From Takakia lepidozioides (lineage: Eukaryota > Plantae > Bryophyta), in contig CM060733.1 in assembly GCA_030704615.1 (NCBI GenBank), positions 65,844,001-65,908,000 of the forward strand: 64,000 bases of DNA, written 5' to 3'. Positions 25,403 through 39,501 of the stretch are shown here, in pieces. Under the pieces are notes generated by a model. That model was given only the letters and a program-made list of their open reading frames with translations, did no database searches and was not told the DNA's origin. Both the position numbers and the translations under genes were made by a program. How positions within the stretch are numbered: the first letter of the stretch is position 1; each line of letters starts with the position of its first letter.

Positions 25403-28400
25403 CTATTTTCTGCTGCTCCGCCGCGACCCTGGTGAGTGTTTGCTGGCATCCACCAAAGATGCAGTAGTAGGTTTCACGACGCTTCCAGATGTAGACTTTT
25501 CATCCTTGGAATTAGATGTTCCACCAACTTTCATGCGCCGCTGCACATCCTCAGCATAACGGCGCCACCATGACTCGCGCTCCCGGCGTGGCATCTTGCC
25601 ATAGCGAGGGTCAGGCTTCAACACCTTCTTGGCCTCTGACCAGGAAGTGAGAATGGTCTTTCCCTCCTCCCCTTGCTTCGAACCAGCATCTACAGTTATG
25701 ACATCGGCAAGCAGAAATCGGTACTCACGCACACAGTGCTGCAAATCATCTCACATATCCACCAAATGTACAACACTTGTCAGCCATTCAGACTCTGGTT
25801 CTCTTTTCATTAGCTCTGTGAGAATGGGAGGAATATAGACATGGACATTTCAACCTTACAGCAGCTGATTAAGCACTTGAAAGCCTCAAGGAAAATTTAG
25901 GAACTTGCATATGCTTGAGACAAATGCTTGAGACAATGACAGTCAAATAGTAAGCTCCAGAAGATACCTCGTGTATTTGCTTCAAATGCTCGCGAAAAAG
26001 CCGCTCCCGTTCGGCTGGATCCAAATCTGGATTTGATGCACGGCCCAATGCATCCTTCTCCAACTTTGGTCGGGCTTCTGTCCATGTGGCCTTTTCACCC
26101 ACCCAAACAACTAATTACTAATCGTTCATCTCCTGTTACACAGACTGGTTACATCCAAAAATGTTACAACCACAAACAGTAGATGATCAAGAGACATTTA
26201 TGGCAACCTCAGGGTCTTTGATCTTCTCAGTAAGAAGAGCTTGGTATGCACCCATGGCATCCTTGCGACGAGCTTTGACGCGCACCCGTTCCATTTCTTG
26301 TTCCTCCCGCTCCTTGCGTTTGCGCATCTCTCTTTCCCTCTCTCTTAATTTCTCCTGCACCCAAATCACATTCAGCCTTGGGGGTGAAACTCCTGCCAGC
26401 CAACACCACGCAGAAAAGAGGCTACTGCAATTCTATCTAGCAACCTGAAGGTTTCAGACTCTTCTACTTCCCCACATTTCTTCTTTCTCTCTCGTAGAGC
26501 CTGTGCGGAAGAAAGGGGTGTAGTTGGGGTGGAGCTCACCTCTTCTTCCTTCTTTGCTTGGGCTGCCTGTTCTGCTTCTTGGTCGACAGCCCGCAACTCG
26601 GCTACGAAGGCATTAAATAACACTTCCCTGTCCTCACGCTTCACTACCTTGTACCTTGGGTCACTGCGTAGGTTGTCCTTAACCTAAACATTCCAAAATT
26701 CCTTGTAAAATACAATATGGACTGACAAGGGAACAAAAGAAACTAATTGAAGTGGAAATTGTACGGCAATGCTGCCATTCGCTCTCAGAGGTTTTCTCTC
26801 TCTCTGTGCCTCCCTCTCATACACAAGTTTGCAGATATGACGAAGAAAATTTGGAAATCTGGCAACCCATTGCTTGTTACAGTTTGGGCGATACAAGGTC
26901 CCAAGTCATTCTGATACATAAGATACTGACAGCTGCTATCTGTAAATTTATTTTCAGTCACAAACCTTTTGAAACCAAATTGCAGTGGACAGTGGACAGA
27001 TCAGAATACACCAGACTGGCCCATTCAGAAGTTCCATCACCATGAAAGTAAACTGGTCTACTACTTGTACCTTTGACCAGCGGCTTGTTGCAGTGATATC
27101 GCCTTTCTCCACCAACAATGCCCGAAAGCCAGCGACTGCTGCTGCATGCTCCCCTCTCACCCTTTCCTCCTCTGCCTTCCGCAGTGGCCCAACCCTGCCA
27201 CCCATTATGAATCACCTCAACATCATAAAAATCCTCCCTCCATCCCTCCCTCTCTCCACAGTCCATGGCAAACAACGTCTTATGAGTACATTCTCTCTCT
27301 CTCTCTCTCCCCTGTCCAAAGCTCAGGGTCTAAAGCCGCAAGTCCAAACCAAGCAGTAATGTGTACATCTCTCTCCCTCGGCTCTTCGGGCCCCCCAATG
27401 CACCCTACATACTTATTTCATCCCTTTCTGTCTATTGATCACACCCTCCAATCTGCATTTCAAGTAGATGCCCTAACATGCACATGAAACTAAGTCTCCA
27501 AACAAACATCAGAACAGTTAAGTTCCAACCAGTGAAGCTAAATCTATTCAAGTATCTGATGTGGGTGTCTGGCAGTGAGACTTTAGTGCCATCTTCCGCT
27601 TCAACTATTCTCAGGCAAAGGCTCGCTTGCTTCACTGTTGTGGAGCAGCAATATAAAAATCTGTGCAAAGCCAGCTAGTTATGAGGACATACAACAATTT
27701 ACGATCTGCTGATCATGTTTGGCATCTGCTCCTGTGCACTTTGCTCTAGATTGCTGAGTAGGGGTACCGCTCAAACCACACACATAAAAAGACCTAAGTA
27801 AGACCTCAGCCCCGAGAGATGTATGGCCCACAACATACTGAAGACCTTTGAGGTGGCTTGACTTGGCACAAAACCAGTAATGACCTAAACTAGAACAAAG
27901 GCAGTCTGAGGGTCCCTCTGCAGAGACCAGGGAATATTGCATGAGAGGTGGGCACCGGAGCGAGAAGTATTAGTAAATGTAAACAGGGCGAGTAGTAGGA
28001 AGTTAAGGTGCGCCAGTGGTGGACGGGAATTAATAATAAAAGGGAAATATATACCTGATGCCACATAAGCCTCGGCGACATCGCAAAGTGGGTCAGGGTT
28101 CACCTTGGTAAGCGACACATTGCTTCTTTATCATCCACATAAACATTGAGCCACATCGCACGTCAGCCATCCACCCACATCTCTCAATTCCTCTATCTCT
28201 CTCACTGCTTGGGTCTCTCTCTCACTCTGGCTGTGCCAATATGTACTAAATGATATACCAGGTTGCTGGTCCTGCCCCTTAAATCCTGAGAGTGTGTTCT
28301 TGTGACTGCCCAAGTAAATGGTCAGTCCCAACCAGCTTAGGTATAAGTTAATTAAATTCCTTTTGTCATACTCACGAGCCAGAATATGACCATTCTGCCA

Positions 28401-31400
28401 TCAACATACCAAACGTCCCTTCAGGAAAGGCAGGGGCAGCAAGAACTCCCTCAGCATACAAGCATCACTTGTTTGCTGTTCTAGCGGAAAGCGTTTTAAG
28501 ACCAACAAAATCACGAACTCCATGTAATGTCCAGACATGGAAGAACTCACTTTGTAGGCTGGCTGAAACATCTGTTCAGCCTGCAAGCCCCACTTGCCTG
28601 ATAAACTGCTTGGCATAATTGAGGGACTCCATGCAACACAGCCAACTGGGGCTCAATAAGCAATTCATCCCGAATGGGAGCCTGCAAGAAAGTTCCTTGG
28701 TGAAATGACACTTAGGATCTGCGTGAGTATCCTTTCAGCTATTTCTCATGCGATGTGGTTCTAGAATTGTCCTCACTGCATTTTTCCCAACAGTATGATG
28801 ACTGGACAAGTACATGGGCATGTAGATTCAAAACCCATAAAGTTTTGGTGAACCTGGACACACACCTCTCGTTCAGCAACGACTCACGATCTTTGCGTTC
28901 CAAAGCCTCAAATCGTAAATCATGATCCCACGCCTTTGCAAAGCTGTCATAATCAGTTGAGTGCAAAATATCCTGTAGACAGACACCATCCATCCTCCAC
29001 CCCTGGTCAATAACCCCAAACCCAAGACCATTCTCACTTAGGAGTTGGAGCTCGCTGTTTGGTAAAGTAAGGGTCCACTGCATAGCATCCGCTCTATGTA
29101 GCATGAAGGCTTTCCAGATTATTGACCTCCAAACAGATGGTCATGTTTGGTAGTTAGCACCAGTCAGCAATACACAGTCCATGACTCCTCCCAAAAGAGA
29201 GGCTCCAGGTGGCCACTGCAATACTTTAGACTAAATTTACAGACCAGACTCCCTACCTCCAACTAGGAGCCTGCCGATGGGCAACACAGCAGAGCTGCAA
29301 AGATGCTCCAAGAGTCAGCTCCAGCATAAAATGCTACGCTTGGATGGGAGAAATGGCAACCTGACCCTTAAGAACTATGGTTATAGTAGAACATTGATTG
29401 TTTTGGGAATGCAACCTACCAGAAGGCGGCAGTAAGCAGACAACTGTGCTTTAACCTGAGAAGCCACATCTCTGCAAATTGCTGAAAGACCAAAATATGT
29501 ATAAGGGCCAAGGCATGGCTGCAACATTTTCAGCTGAACAAAGGAGAGAGACACCACCCCGCCGTCACTGACCCTCCCTCCACAAACAAGTGGGAGCTCA
29601 TTAAACGTGTGACAAGTGACACACAATCAAACTTAGTGCTCCATCAACTGAAGCCCGTGTTCTGTGAAGTAGTTCAGCTTTCCTACATTGAAATCTACAG
29701 TGCCCATTGGAGACAGACGGAACCAACCAAGAGCACCGACACGGAAAACATGTAGAATGTTTAAGGCTGACCCCATAATGCAGCAATGTATAACGATAAC
29801 GACAAGCTACGGGGGTCATAAATGTCTCCTTCATGTGATTGTGTGAGTGGAGAGAAACAGACCTTGGCAGCTTCCTCCAGCAGTTGCTTGAAGCCTTCCA
29901 CTGCAGCCTTTTGGGCAGCACGCCTCTCCTTGCGTTCCTCCTCGGCCCTTGTCCGCACGTAATGCTCAAAGATAGATCGCCTCTCTGTGTGGCTGGGAAT
30001 AGCCTGCACCATAACCCACTTACTTCAAATTCCTTTACCAAAGCTCAATGTAGGTATGGAATGCACAAAACGTTTTTGTATGCTCACTCCCTATCTGCAA
30101 GTGCCTTCTGACAGTCAAATACCACCTCAAAAAAATCCTCTCAAGTTGTAAACCAGGCTGTGAATAAGGATTGCCAAGGAACAAGGATTGCTAAGACTGG
30201 CAAGCACTAGACAGATCTGAGCAAGAAAATCCTGGACATCCAACCCTCATGTGACAACACATTGCCTGCAATGTATTCAATTCGTTTTGAATAGAAAAAT
30301 TACAACTGAGGTGACAAGATATCAGAAGAAAAGCTTCTTACCAGTGAGAAACAGTGAGGTTAGACTTCTACTTTGTCAAGAGTACATCTTTACACGTCTG
30401 GGGCTTCCATCCACAAAAGCCATTAGTGAACCAGAATTCTTAACAGTAGCGTACATCAATGGTAGAGCTACTATGCAGTTATTTGTCCATCTGAATCCAT
30501 ACAAACCTGAAATCGAGGATCAAAGATAATTTTGGGCAATTCTTTCTCCCACTTTGAGAAAGGTGCAACACCCTTTTCCTTCAACATCTCCTGGAAAACA
30601 TTATAAAGAGAAATCAATGTCAGGGGATGATTCCATGTTACAATAAACACTTTGCCACCCAAAAACCTTCTTTGACAGCCACCACTTAATGAGGATAACA
30701 AAACAACCAGAAGTTAGGAGGTCGCTGATTTGAAAGTGATGAGAGCTGCAAATCACTACCAAGAGCCAGAAGAAAGCCACCTTTTACCTTGAATTGCAGC
30801 ACCTTCTGCTCTTTGGTCGGCCTTGGATCCTCCTCATCACTCTCAGATGAGGAGTCAGACGATGCCTGATCGCCCTTAGAAGGCTTGTCTTTCCCTCCTT
30901 CTGCAGCCCCCTTCCCATTACTGACATCACCCCCTGCTGCACCAGTCACTACCTTTGTAGGATCCAAGACGTTACTAATCATTGGAGCCCCTGGGTCTTG
31001 CAATTTCTTCTTGATGAGATCCAATGCTGAGTTTGCCACAAGTGCCTTGTGACCAATGGCTTCCCTACCACCAGCCACTGCTGCTGGCACATTGAGAGTG
31101 AAAGAAACCGGACTCTTCTCTGGTGTGGGACAGAGATTTGGCCCAGCATCGGTCCCAGCTTTGGCAGTAGTGTCTTCTGCTTGCTTCTTCCGCAGCTTCG
31201 AGACCTCAGGTGGAACTTGCCAGCTTGTGGCCTGCAGAGTGTGCAGACACTGTTTCAGCAACTATGAACTAGGTCAATTACATGCCTCCCTCTGAAGTGG
31301 CCTCAACAAAAAATTCAAGTGTGCCCCCTGGCCTATTGAACCTATTATGGCTGAGTTGGTAGAGTTTCTGCAACCCTGGTGCTTGAGAAGAGGCACTGTT

Positions 31401-33695
31401 CTGTTGGCTGATAACTCTGAGATGCAGTTGCTAAGAAGCCTTACCAATCTCCTGGAGCACAAAATTGGGGCTCTCTTTGAGCTATGCTTGCTCAGGCAAA
31501 GACCGTGTAGTTCTAGAAATTATTTAACTGTCCCTCAACTGTTCATCTAGAAGGGCTACTGAAACCTGTTGGGATTGCTGGACTACATTAACTGTGCTAG
31601 TGTACCCCCTCAAAAATCTATACCATGCCTGATAGGATCCTTCTCCTTGTCACCCTATTATTGCAGATATGTGCTACAACATCAACGATCTGGGGGAATT
31701 TGGGCTTGCTTCACCTGTGTCCTTGTATTGTAATAATATTTCTTGCTGTCATTAGTTATCACCAGAGCCCAATCTGTCCCACTAAGACGTTCCCTGCCAG
31801 AGCAACAAAGACTTTCATCATGGTCTAATTTTTGGATTTTTTCCGCCGTCACAATTGAGTATGAAATAAAATTACTCTGGGAACCTGTCAATATGTAATA
31901 ATTCCAGGTGATATGTTTGACTAGAACCTCAAAATCTAGGGAATTCAAATTACTGCAAATTGCAGTGCAGTCATTACACCAGAAACCCATGCAAGTGAAA
32001 AAGCCCCCATGATACAATGCAAGCCATCAGCAAGAAAGTGTTATGCTCCAAACATCGAATCTTTCTTGTGACCACCCTTCCTCTTTTAATAACCGTTCAT
32101 TTTGGCCATTATTCATCTCCCTCAAAATGATCAAAAGCATCTACTCACCAAGAGACAGGCGTGGGCTGGGCTGTCACCTTGTCTGCCTGCAGATTTCCAG
32201 GAAGGAAAGTCAGTGGATAATCCCTGAACCTCTCTACTTGCATTTCCAAAAACTTTGTACTGTAGAAGATACATAGCTGCATACATCTCTTCAGGCCCAA
32301 AACTTCAACTGGCTGACCACACAGGTGCTGATTTCACTGGAGCTAAAAGACTACCTGGTTCCCATATAAGTTGAGCAGCTGCATAGGAAACCCTAGCAGC
32401 TTCAAAAGAACAAATCACCTTTGCACTTCAACTTGCAGACAAGAGACCTGCCATGTTACCTCCCCTTTGAACCCTTGCGGTCGTTCGTATGTAGATTGCC
32501 CAGAGACAGAATTATAATAGTAGATCGTTCCATCCTGCGTCTTGTGTGCAGTCCACGCATCAGCAGACTCAGCAACCACCTCATTAGCAACCTTGCCTGA
32601 CTTCGCCCCCATATCCACTGGCTCTTTCTCGCCAGAAGCTGTAGAATCCCATTTGCCTTGAGAACTTGCTATCCAATCAGCTGGTTTTCCATTAGAAGGA
32701 CCCGCCTCACCCTTTACAGACATGGCAAGGGAAACAGAGGGAGGCCCACTAGAAGGGGCGTTGCCTACCCATGCAGAGCCAGGTTGGCCACCTTGGGAGA
32801 GAGACGGATCCCCCACAACCCCGAAAGGAGGTCCTGTACTACCCAGAGGAGCTGGGCCAGCCGGCAGCATCCCTTCAGAAGGGGGACCCATAGGCCGCAT
32901 TTGCTGCACAGGAAAGCCACCGGGAAAATTGCCTGGGTAGGGCAAGAATGGAGGACGCTGTTGCAATTGCCCTGGTTGCATCCATGGGGGACCCACTAGC
33001 TGGGGTGGCCCCAGACCTGGCCCAGAAGGAAAACCCTGATATGGGGGCCGCTGATCCAGTAATGGAACAGACCCTGCCCCGGGTCCAGGTTGCAGTGGCC
33101 CAGAAATACCTGGTGTAGAATGTGGCATCCCAGGCCTTGGACCCAAAATGGGACCCTCACTAGAGTGAGGTCGCATGCCTGCAGATACAGGTGCGGGCAC
33201 AGAACCTGCCGGCTGTGAAGGCCATCTGTTCCCCGGAAACAAACCCGGGGGTGGACCATAACTTGGGGCAGGTTGTGCCGAGGAAGGAAGAGAAAACGGG
33301 CCTCCCTGTGACATTGCTGTTGCTGAAGCCTGCACAATTAAAATATCCCTAAAATGACCAAGATGCACCCAATCGCCACAGACATGGTCAAAGTAGGGAG
33401 TACAATTGCAAGAGAACACTAAATTTCTGGTGAGCAATCAAGAACTTACAGGACGACCTGGTGGCTGCAGACCACTCCCAGGGGCTGCACCAAGCTGATT
33501 AGGGTTTCCAAAAGGGGCCAATGATCCCGCTGGTGATTGAGGAAAACTTGAGGAGGGGGTACCATATGATGGGCGGGGTGGAGGTCCCTGTCCCTGGTTA
33601 GCCACCGTCCCTGGAGCTGGCCAGTGCCCTGGAGGTCCAGTTATAGGTCCAGAAGTGGGCTGCATCGCTCGTGGCTGCCATGCTGGAGTTGTCAT
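25403..33695 (-). CDS. PRP40C: Pre-mRNA-processing protein 40C (WW + FF domains, TCERG1/CA150-like), intact, ~960 aa
   Basis: 13 coding exons, all GT-AG, frame-consistent: 33695-33450, 33329-32460, 32186-32149, 31793-31715, 31231-30788, 30590-30507, 30003-29863, 28972-28866, 27194-27071, 26683-26540, 26354-26208, 26090-25968, 25738-25403 (2883 nt). Pro-rich N-terminus; WW1 [27 protein letters not shown]; WW2 [28 protein letters not shown]; FF repeats ([29 protein letters not shown] etc.); probable 5'UTR exon ending at 34622. Confidence 0.95.
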
Positions 33696-35804
33696 TTTAT
33701 GCTGCACCCGGGCCCCTAAATGAGAGTCTTGTTGTGAGTATGCTGAAATAAGATGGAACGGTTCCTCCATGGCAATGTCTAGCAAGCAACATTCTTACAA
33801 GCTACACAACAAAATAGACTGAGTTTTCAGTTTCTTTAATGGAGTGGATTATATTGCTAACAATATTGGGACAACCATAATCTTCATAATTGAAATGCTC
33901 CCTTTAAACTAGGTCAAGACGTACTCCAGAATTTCATGATAAAAGCAGCAATTAAATTCCCACTGGTTGCAGGGTACTCATACAGCAATGACACATAATT
34001 TCTATGCAGATCTTCCAAGGTACTGGGACTTGGCTTATTGTTTAGCAGACATGACAATTAACTATAGTTAGTGGATGACAATGGAAGTGGCTGGATCACA
34101 GGTCATTTTCACCTGTACAATGTATCAACTTGACTCTTTTTTTGGTTGTGTCACAAGTTTGAGGACGCCACAAAAATAATTCAGACACGTTTCAAGACAG
34201 AAGGAGGGTGCGCAAAGCGACCTTACTTTCGAAACCCCATACTTGGCACTGAAGGTTTTGCTAACACAAAACTGGTCACTGCTGGTGAAGAGGAACTGGA
34301 AACAAATGGGAAAGTGGAGGGAGAGAATTCTAGATATATTAGGAGTAGTAACAAGAAATATCTGTAATACAAAACGTGCTGTATTCAACTCGAATACAGC
34401 AATAATTCCAAAGGAACTCAAAATGACAGCTCCAGGGAACCACACTTACATATTGGTTCCATGTTAAATGCAATGATTCCCTATTGCCAACATGCACATC
34501 GCTACGACAGGTTTGCACGGGTCTGCTTAACCTTAGGTGATGGTTATCGCCACAAGTAGCTCAAATCACAGAGGAATATCAAAATTCGATAGAACGATGA
34601 AAGAGCTCCACACACGCGTACCTGACGAAGAAAAAAGAGGTGCGGGATTGGTAAGAACCTCAGTATTCAGTCATTGCAGAGTCCTCCAGACATATGCTGC
34701 TGCCGTCCTCCAAACTCTCTGCAATGCAAAACGTAAATACTCTGGGAAAGGAACACACCGAAAACTAAACGAAGATCTCAGAAAGAAAGGGCGAGGGAAG
34801 AAAGGAGGGAGGGCAATGGTGTGCTAGGGCAGACGCATGGCTAGGCCATCCACCAGTTGCAAAAACCCTTGCTGTGAGAGAACACATCTCAGCCGTCAAC
34901 CCTTCAAATATTGTACTACTAGAGATTTATTATATCATCCAAGTTTTAACGGTCGATTATAATTTTCGGTTCGTAATTCCTTATGCTCAGGGTTAAGTTC
35001 TATCCGACCGTATTCAGTAAAGAATAGTTATGGGATGAATGAACTATAGGAGTCTCATCCCCCTTTTTCCAACAGTAGAATTTTCTGTTTTTTTTTTAAA
35101 AAATTAAACAGGGGACGGTGGCCCTGAGAATTTTATTTAAGAATTATTTTAAGGGAAAAAATTAAACCCTTACAAGCCCGAAGGCTGCCATGAGGCCTAA
35201 ACACACGGTAAGAGTAGGAGATACCAGGAGAACGGTGGACACGAGACAATACACCTTCGAATAACATGAAGGAGGTGTCAAGTTAAATAAACACGGTGTG
35301 AAACTAACTAGAATAAATCTAGTTATTTGTATTTAACACTTGGAATTAGTTGCTTGACCTGGATTATCAGCTTAACTATGGCTGAGCAACGCAGAGTACG
35401 GAGTACACTTCCCTTTAGGGTCTCCCTGCCTACCGAGATGGTACAGGCAGCGAGTGGGGGCGAAACAGGTGAGGACCACGAGGTGCAGGCCGCATCCATG
35501 GCAAACGTGGGAGGTGCTCGAGGTTCAGAAGGAGTTGGCAGCCAAGGCGGCGATGATGGATCAGGTTGGGGATTTTTATCGGGTTGAGGAGGTCCTCAAG
35601 GATGGGATGATGGGGCAGGATGAGAGATTGTCACTGACAGAGCAGGCAGTGGTCACTGCTCAAGAGGTTACGGCATAACAACCACGGGACGCGTCTTCTA
35701 CCTCTAAGCCTGCTGGACTCAAGGTTGCAGTCACGGAGGACAACTGGGAGCCTGATGTTGGACCCATAGTCACCGGAGGAGAGAGACAACGTATACGGCG
35801 GTTC

Positions 35805-38800
35805 TTGAGGGCTTACAAGAACTGCTTTGCCTTCAGTTTGAAGGACTTGGGAGCACTGAAGGGTCAAGAGATTCGCATTGAATTGGCCACTGACACGCCA
35901 ATCTTTCGGAGACCCTATAGATACAGTGACATGGAGAGGTCCTTGATTCAGATGAGGACTCAGGACCTCTGGGAGGCTGGTTTGGTGGAGCTATCTGATG
36001 GAGAGTATGCTTCAGCCATAGTGATGTCAGCCAAGAAGGATGTCTATGGCAATTGGACGGAGAGACGTATGTGCGGTGATTACTGGCCTGTAAATCGTCA
36101 GACCAAGTCCGATAGGTATGCCATGCCTTCACCAGAGGAGATCTTTGATGCCATTGGGCATGTCAAGGTCTTTAGCACTTTGGATTTACGATCCGGATAT
36201 CACCAGTTGCCGATCAAGGAGGCGGATAAGCAGAAGACGGCATTCTGGGGGATCAATGAGCATGGGAAGGATTGCCTATACCAGTGGCGGTTCTTACCAT
36301 TTGGGCTTAAGAACGCTCCTGCAGAGTTTCAGAGAGTCATGGACAGGATTCTAGCAGGGGTGGAGTTTGCTCGGTGCTACATAGATGACATCATCATCTT
36401 TAGTACTACGGTGGAGGAGCATGAGAGACACCTTCAGGTGGTATTTGAGCGCTTGAGGGCGCACCGATTGAAATTACATCCGGGGAAGTGCAAGTTTTTC
36501 CACAACCAGATTGAGTATCTGGGTCACATGATATATCCTGGAGGATTGGGGGTACAGCAGACTAAGGTAGAGGCCATTGCACAGATTCCACGCCCCACGA
36601 ATGTGAGCCGAGTTCGAGTTTCATGGGGTTGGCAAACTATTATAGACGGTTTGTCAAGGGATTTAGTGCCATTGCAAAGGCTCTAACCAAGCTGACCAAG
36701 GTAGACCAGGAGTGGCAGTGGGAAGATGAGCAAGAATGAGCTTTCCAAGAGCTCAAGGCGAGGTTGACCTCGACATCCATCTTGAGACGATCTATCAGGG
36801 GGCGTCCTTTTCAGCTGCATACAGATTGGAGCATGCTGGGGCTTGGAGCGGTGCTCACACAGGTGGATGATGAGGGAAGAGAGTTCGTAATGGCTTATGT
36901 CAGTCGCTCGAACAACGCTGCAAATGCTAAGTATAGCTCATATGAGGGAGAGTGCTTAGCTGCAGTGTGGGCTGTGGCACACTTCAGGTGCTATCTATAT
37001 GGCAATCTCTTCACCCTTGTCACGGATCACCAGCCACTCAAGTGGTTGGAGGAGTCAGACAAGCTTACGGGGAAGCTTGCACGGTGGGCACTCATACTTT
37101 AAGAATATGACTTTCAGGTTGTGCATCGACCGGGTTTGGTCAATCGCAATGCAGATGGGTTGAGTCGCAATCCATGCACAAGCCAGCAGGATGACACTGG
37201 AGCTCGGTGGCATGGTGAGACGGACGAGGAGATGGTGCCGGATGGCATGCATCTGCATTTATGTGTATCTTGGCAGCGGAAGGCCAGGTTGGACCTGTAA
37301 CAGGGATGACTGTAGATCAAGTGTCTGAGGACCTTGAGGCCAGCAATGAGCAAGGTGGCGCCAAAGATATACATGAGGATTCAGCTGTGTTGGACTGCCT
37401 CCGCACTGGAGACACGGCAGCCACTGTGACTGCCAAGGAGAGGGATCGGATCCTACAACGAGCCAAGAGGTTCAAGTAGGAGGGGACACACCTGCTTCGA
37501 GTGTGGGAGGATAGTCGAGTGAGGATTGTGCCTCACCCAACACAGCGGGCACGGTTAGTGCGGCATGCACATGAGGGTTGGGGCATTTTGGGGTGCGACG
37601 CACTCGTAGTCTATTGCAGGGGCAGTATTGGTGGCGTGGTATGCACACAGAGGTGCAACAATTTGTGGCTAGGTGCATGGTGTGTGACAGGATGCGTGCT
37701 TCATTCAACGCCCCTACTCCACAATTGCACCCTCATCCGATCATGGGATTGGGCTACAGGTTGAGTCTTGACTTCGCAGGGCCGTTGCCACTGACCATGC
37801 GCCACAACAAGTACGTGTTGGTGATGGTGGAGCACTTCTCCAGGTGGATCGAGTTGGTTCCATTGCCTGATAAGGCTAGTGAGGGAGCTGCGTATGCATT
37901 CTTGGATTGTGTACTTAGCCGATTCGGTGCTCCAGCTGAGGTACTCACGGACCAAGGGAGAGAATTCTTGGGGGAGTTTCAGGCTTTGTGTGACAAGGCC
38001 TTGGTAGACCACCGCACCACTTCTCGGGATCATCTTGAGGCCGATGGCTTGGCAGATAGGGTTGTTCAGACAGTAAAGAGGGGTTTGTGCAAGTATGGCT
38101 TGCTGAAGGGACACCTAGGAGATTGGGACCTTCAGTTACCCTGGTTAGCCATGGGCTACAAGTTCAGCAAGCAAGCATCACTTGCCTCCTTCTCACCATA
38201 CTTTCTTCTCTTTGGCCGAGAGCCGGATTTGCCTACATCCATTCGTAAAAAAACTACTATAGTTCTTAACCTTGACGATCCGGACGTGTGGGCACGTGCA
38301 TGTGATCAGCGTGCAGAGTTGTTCAAGAAAGTCATGCCCATGGCTTTCGAAAACCTAGCCATTGCACAACATCGTGATACGTTGAGATATGCTACCATAC
38401 GTGGTGGGGGCTATCGTCCTGGGGTTCGGAGATTTAACCCTGGTGACTATGTCTATCTGCAGCAGACTGCTCCTACGACCTTGGATGCGACTGTAGGACG
38501 TGTTATTTTGAGGGTTCGAGAGGTATTGCCCTCAGGCGTCTTGATCTTGGAGGGTCGGGATGGCATAACTTGGAAGGACCATGTGCGTAATTGTGCGCCA
38601 TGTCACCTTCCGAATGTCAATGGCAGGATTGACCCAAACCTAGCAGTGGTACCTGCAAGTTTGAGGTGCATGTTGTGTGGGTCTGCTAGAGGGGCAGCCA
38701 CCATGCTGGTGTGTGATCGATGCTCTACAGGTTGGCATATAGGATGCTTGACTCCACCTCTTGAGATGGTTCCTGATGGGGATTGGTTATGTCCGCATTG

Positions 38801-38810
38801 CATTGGATAG
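35805..38810 (+). mobile_element. Ty3/Gypsy pol (RT-RNaseH-integrase) with C-terminal PHD finger; degenerate
   Basis: RT LDLRSGYHQ, PFGLKNAP, YIDD; RNaseH LHTDWS..EGECLAAVWAV..TDHQPL; IN GHFGVRRT..CMVC, DFAGP, TDQG; PHD CMLC..MLVCDRCSTGWHIGCLTPPL..VPDGDWLCPHC; PPT-like gggggcgat at 39061 followed by TGTGG. Confidence 0.92.
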
Positions 38811-39501
38811 TGGGAGTGGATACAACCATGGGAGGCTAACAAGAAATGCAAGGTCAAGCTACTATGAAACCTTGAACACACGAGATCCTGGCTCAAGTTC
38901 ACAGATTGCAAGACAGCGACTAACGATGGGGCTGCTCTTGTACCCGGCCTCTTGGTCTATAGAGTTTGAATACAATAGGGACAGTGATAGAGGACTTAGT
39001 ATGGCTGTGGCTATTACATCTTGTAGCTATCTGGAGTTACAAGGACCTAACCACCAGCTAGGGGGCGATTGTGGCAGACTACTTTATTGTGCATATATGT
39101 GTGGTGTGGTTTGGACAGCGATGTAGTTGTGTAGCAATATGTATGCGCACGATAGAGGCAATCGTATAAGACAGATAATGCCCAGTCAACAAGAGAGGGC
39201 CTAGCCCTAAATGAACCCTAGATCAAGGAGAGCAAGCTAACACTAGTGCAGAGAACCAAATGAGCTGGACAGAAAATGCCAGCAATCCACGTAGCTGGGG
39301 CGATATCTGTAGTAGTTGGTCAAAGTCTGCTTACCTCGCCTCCTTCATAGCATCCTAGGGGAATCGGGGACTCATCTGCTTTTGCAATGATGCGAACTCA
39401 TGTTCATGGCCAGGGGCCATTCCTCCATTGTGGCAACAACGACGAGCCATCCTCTTCGGCCTCCCCTGACTTCGACAGATCCGACATCAACTGGAAGTAT
39501 G

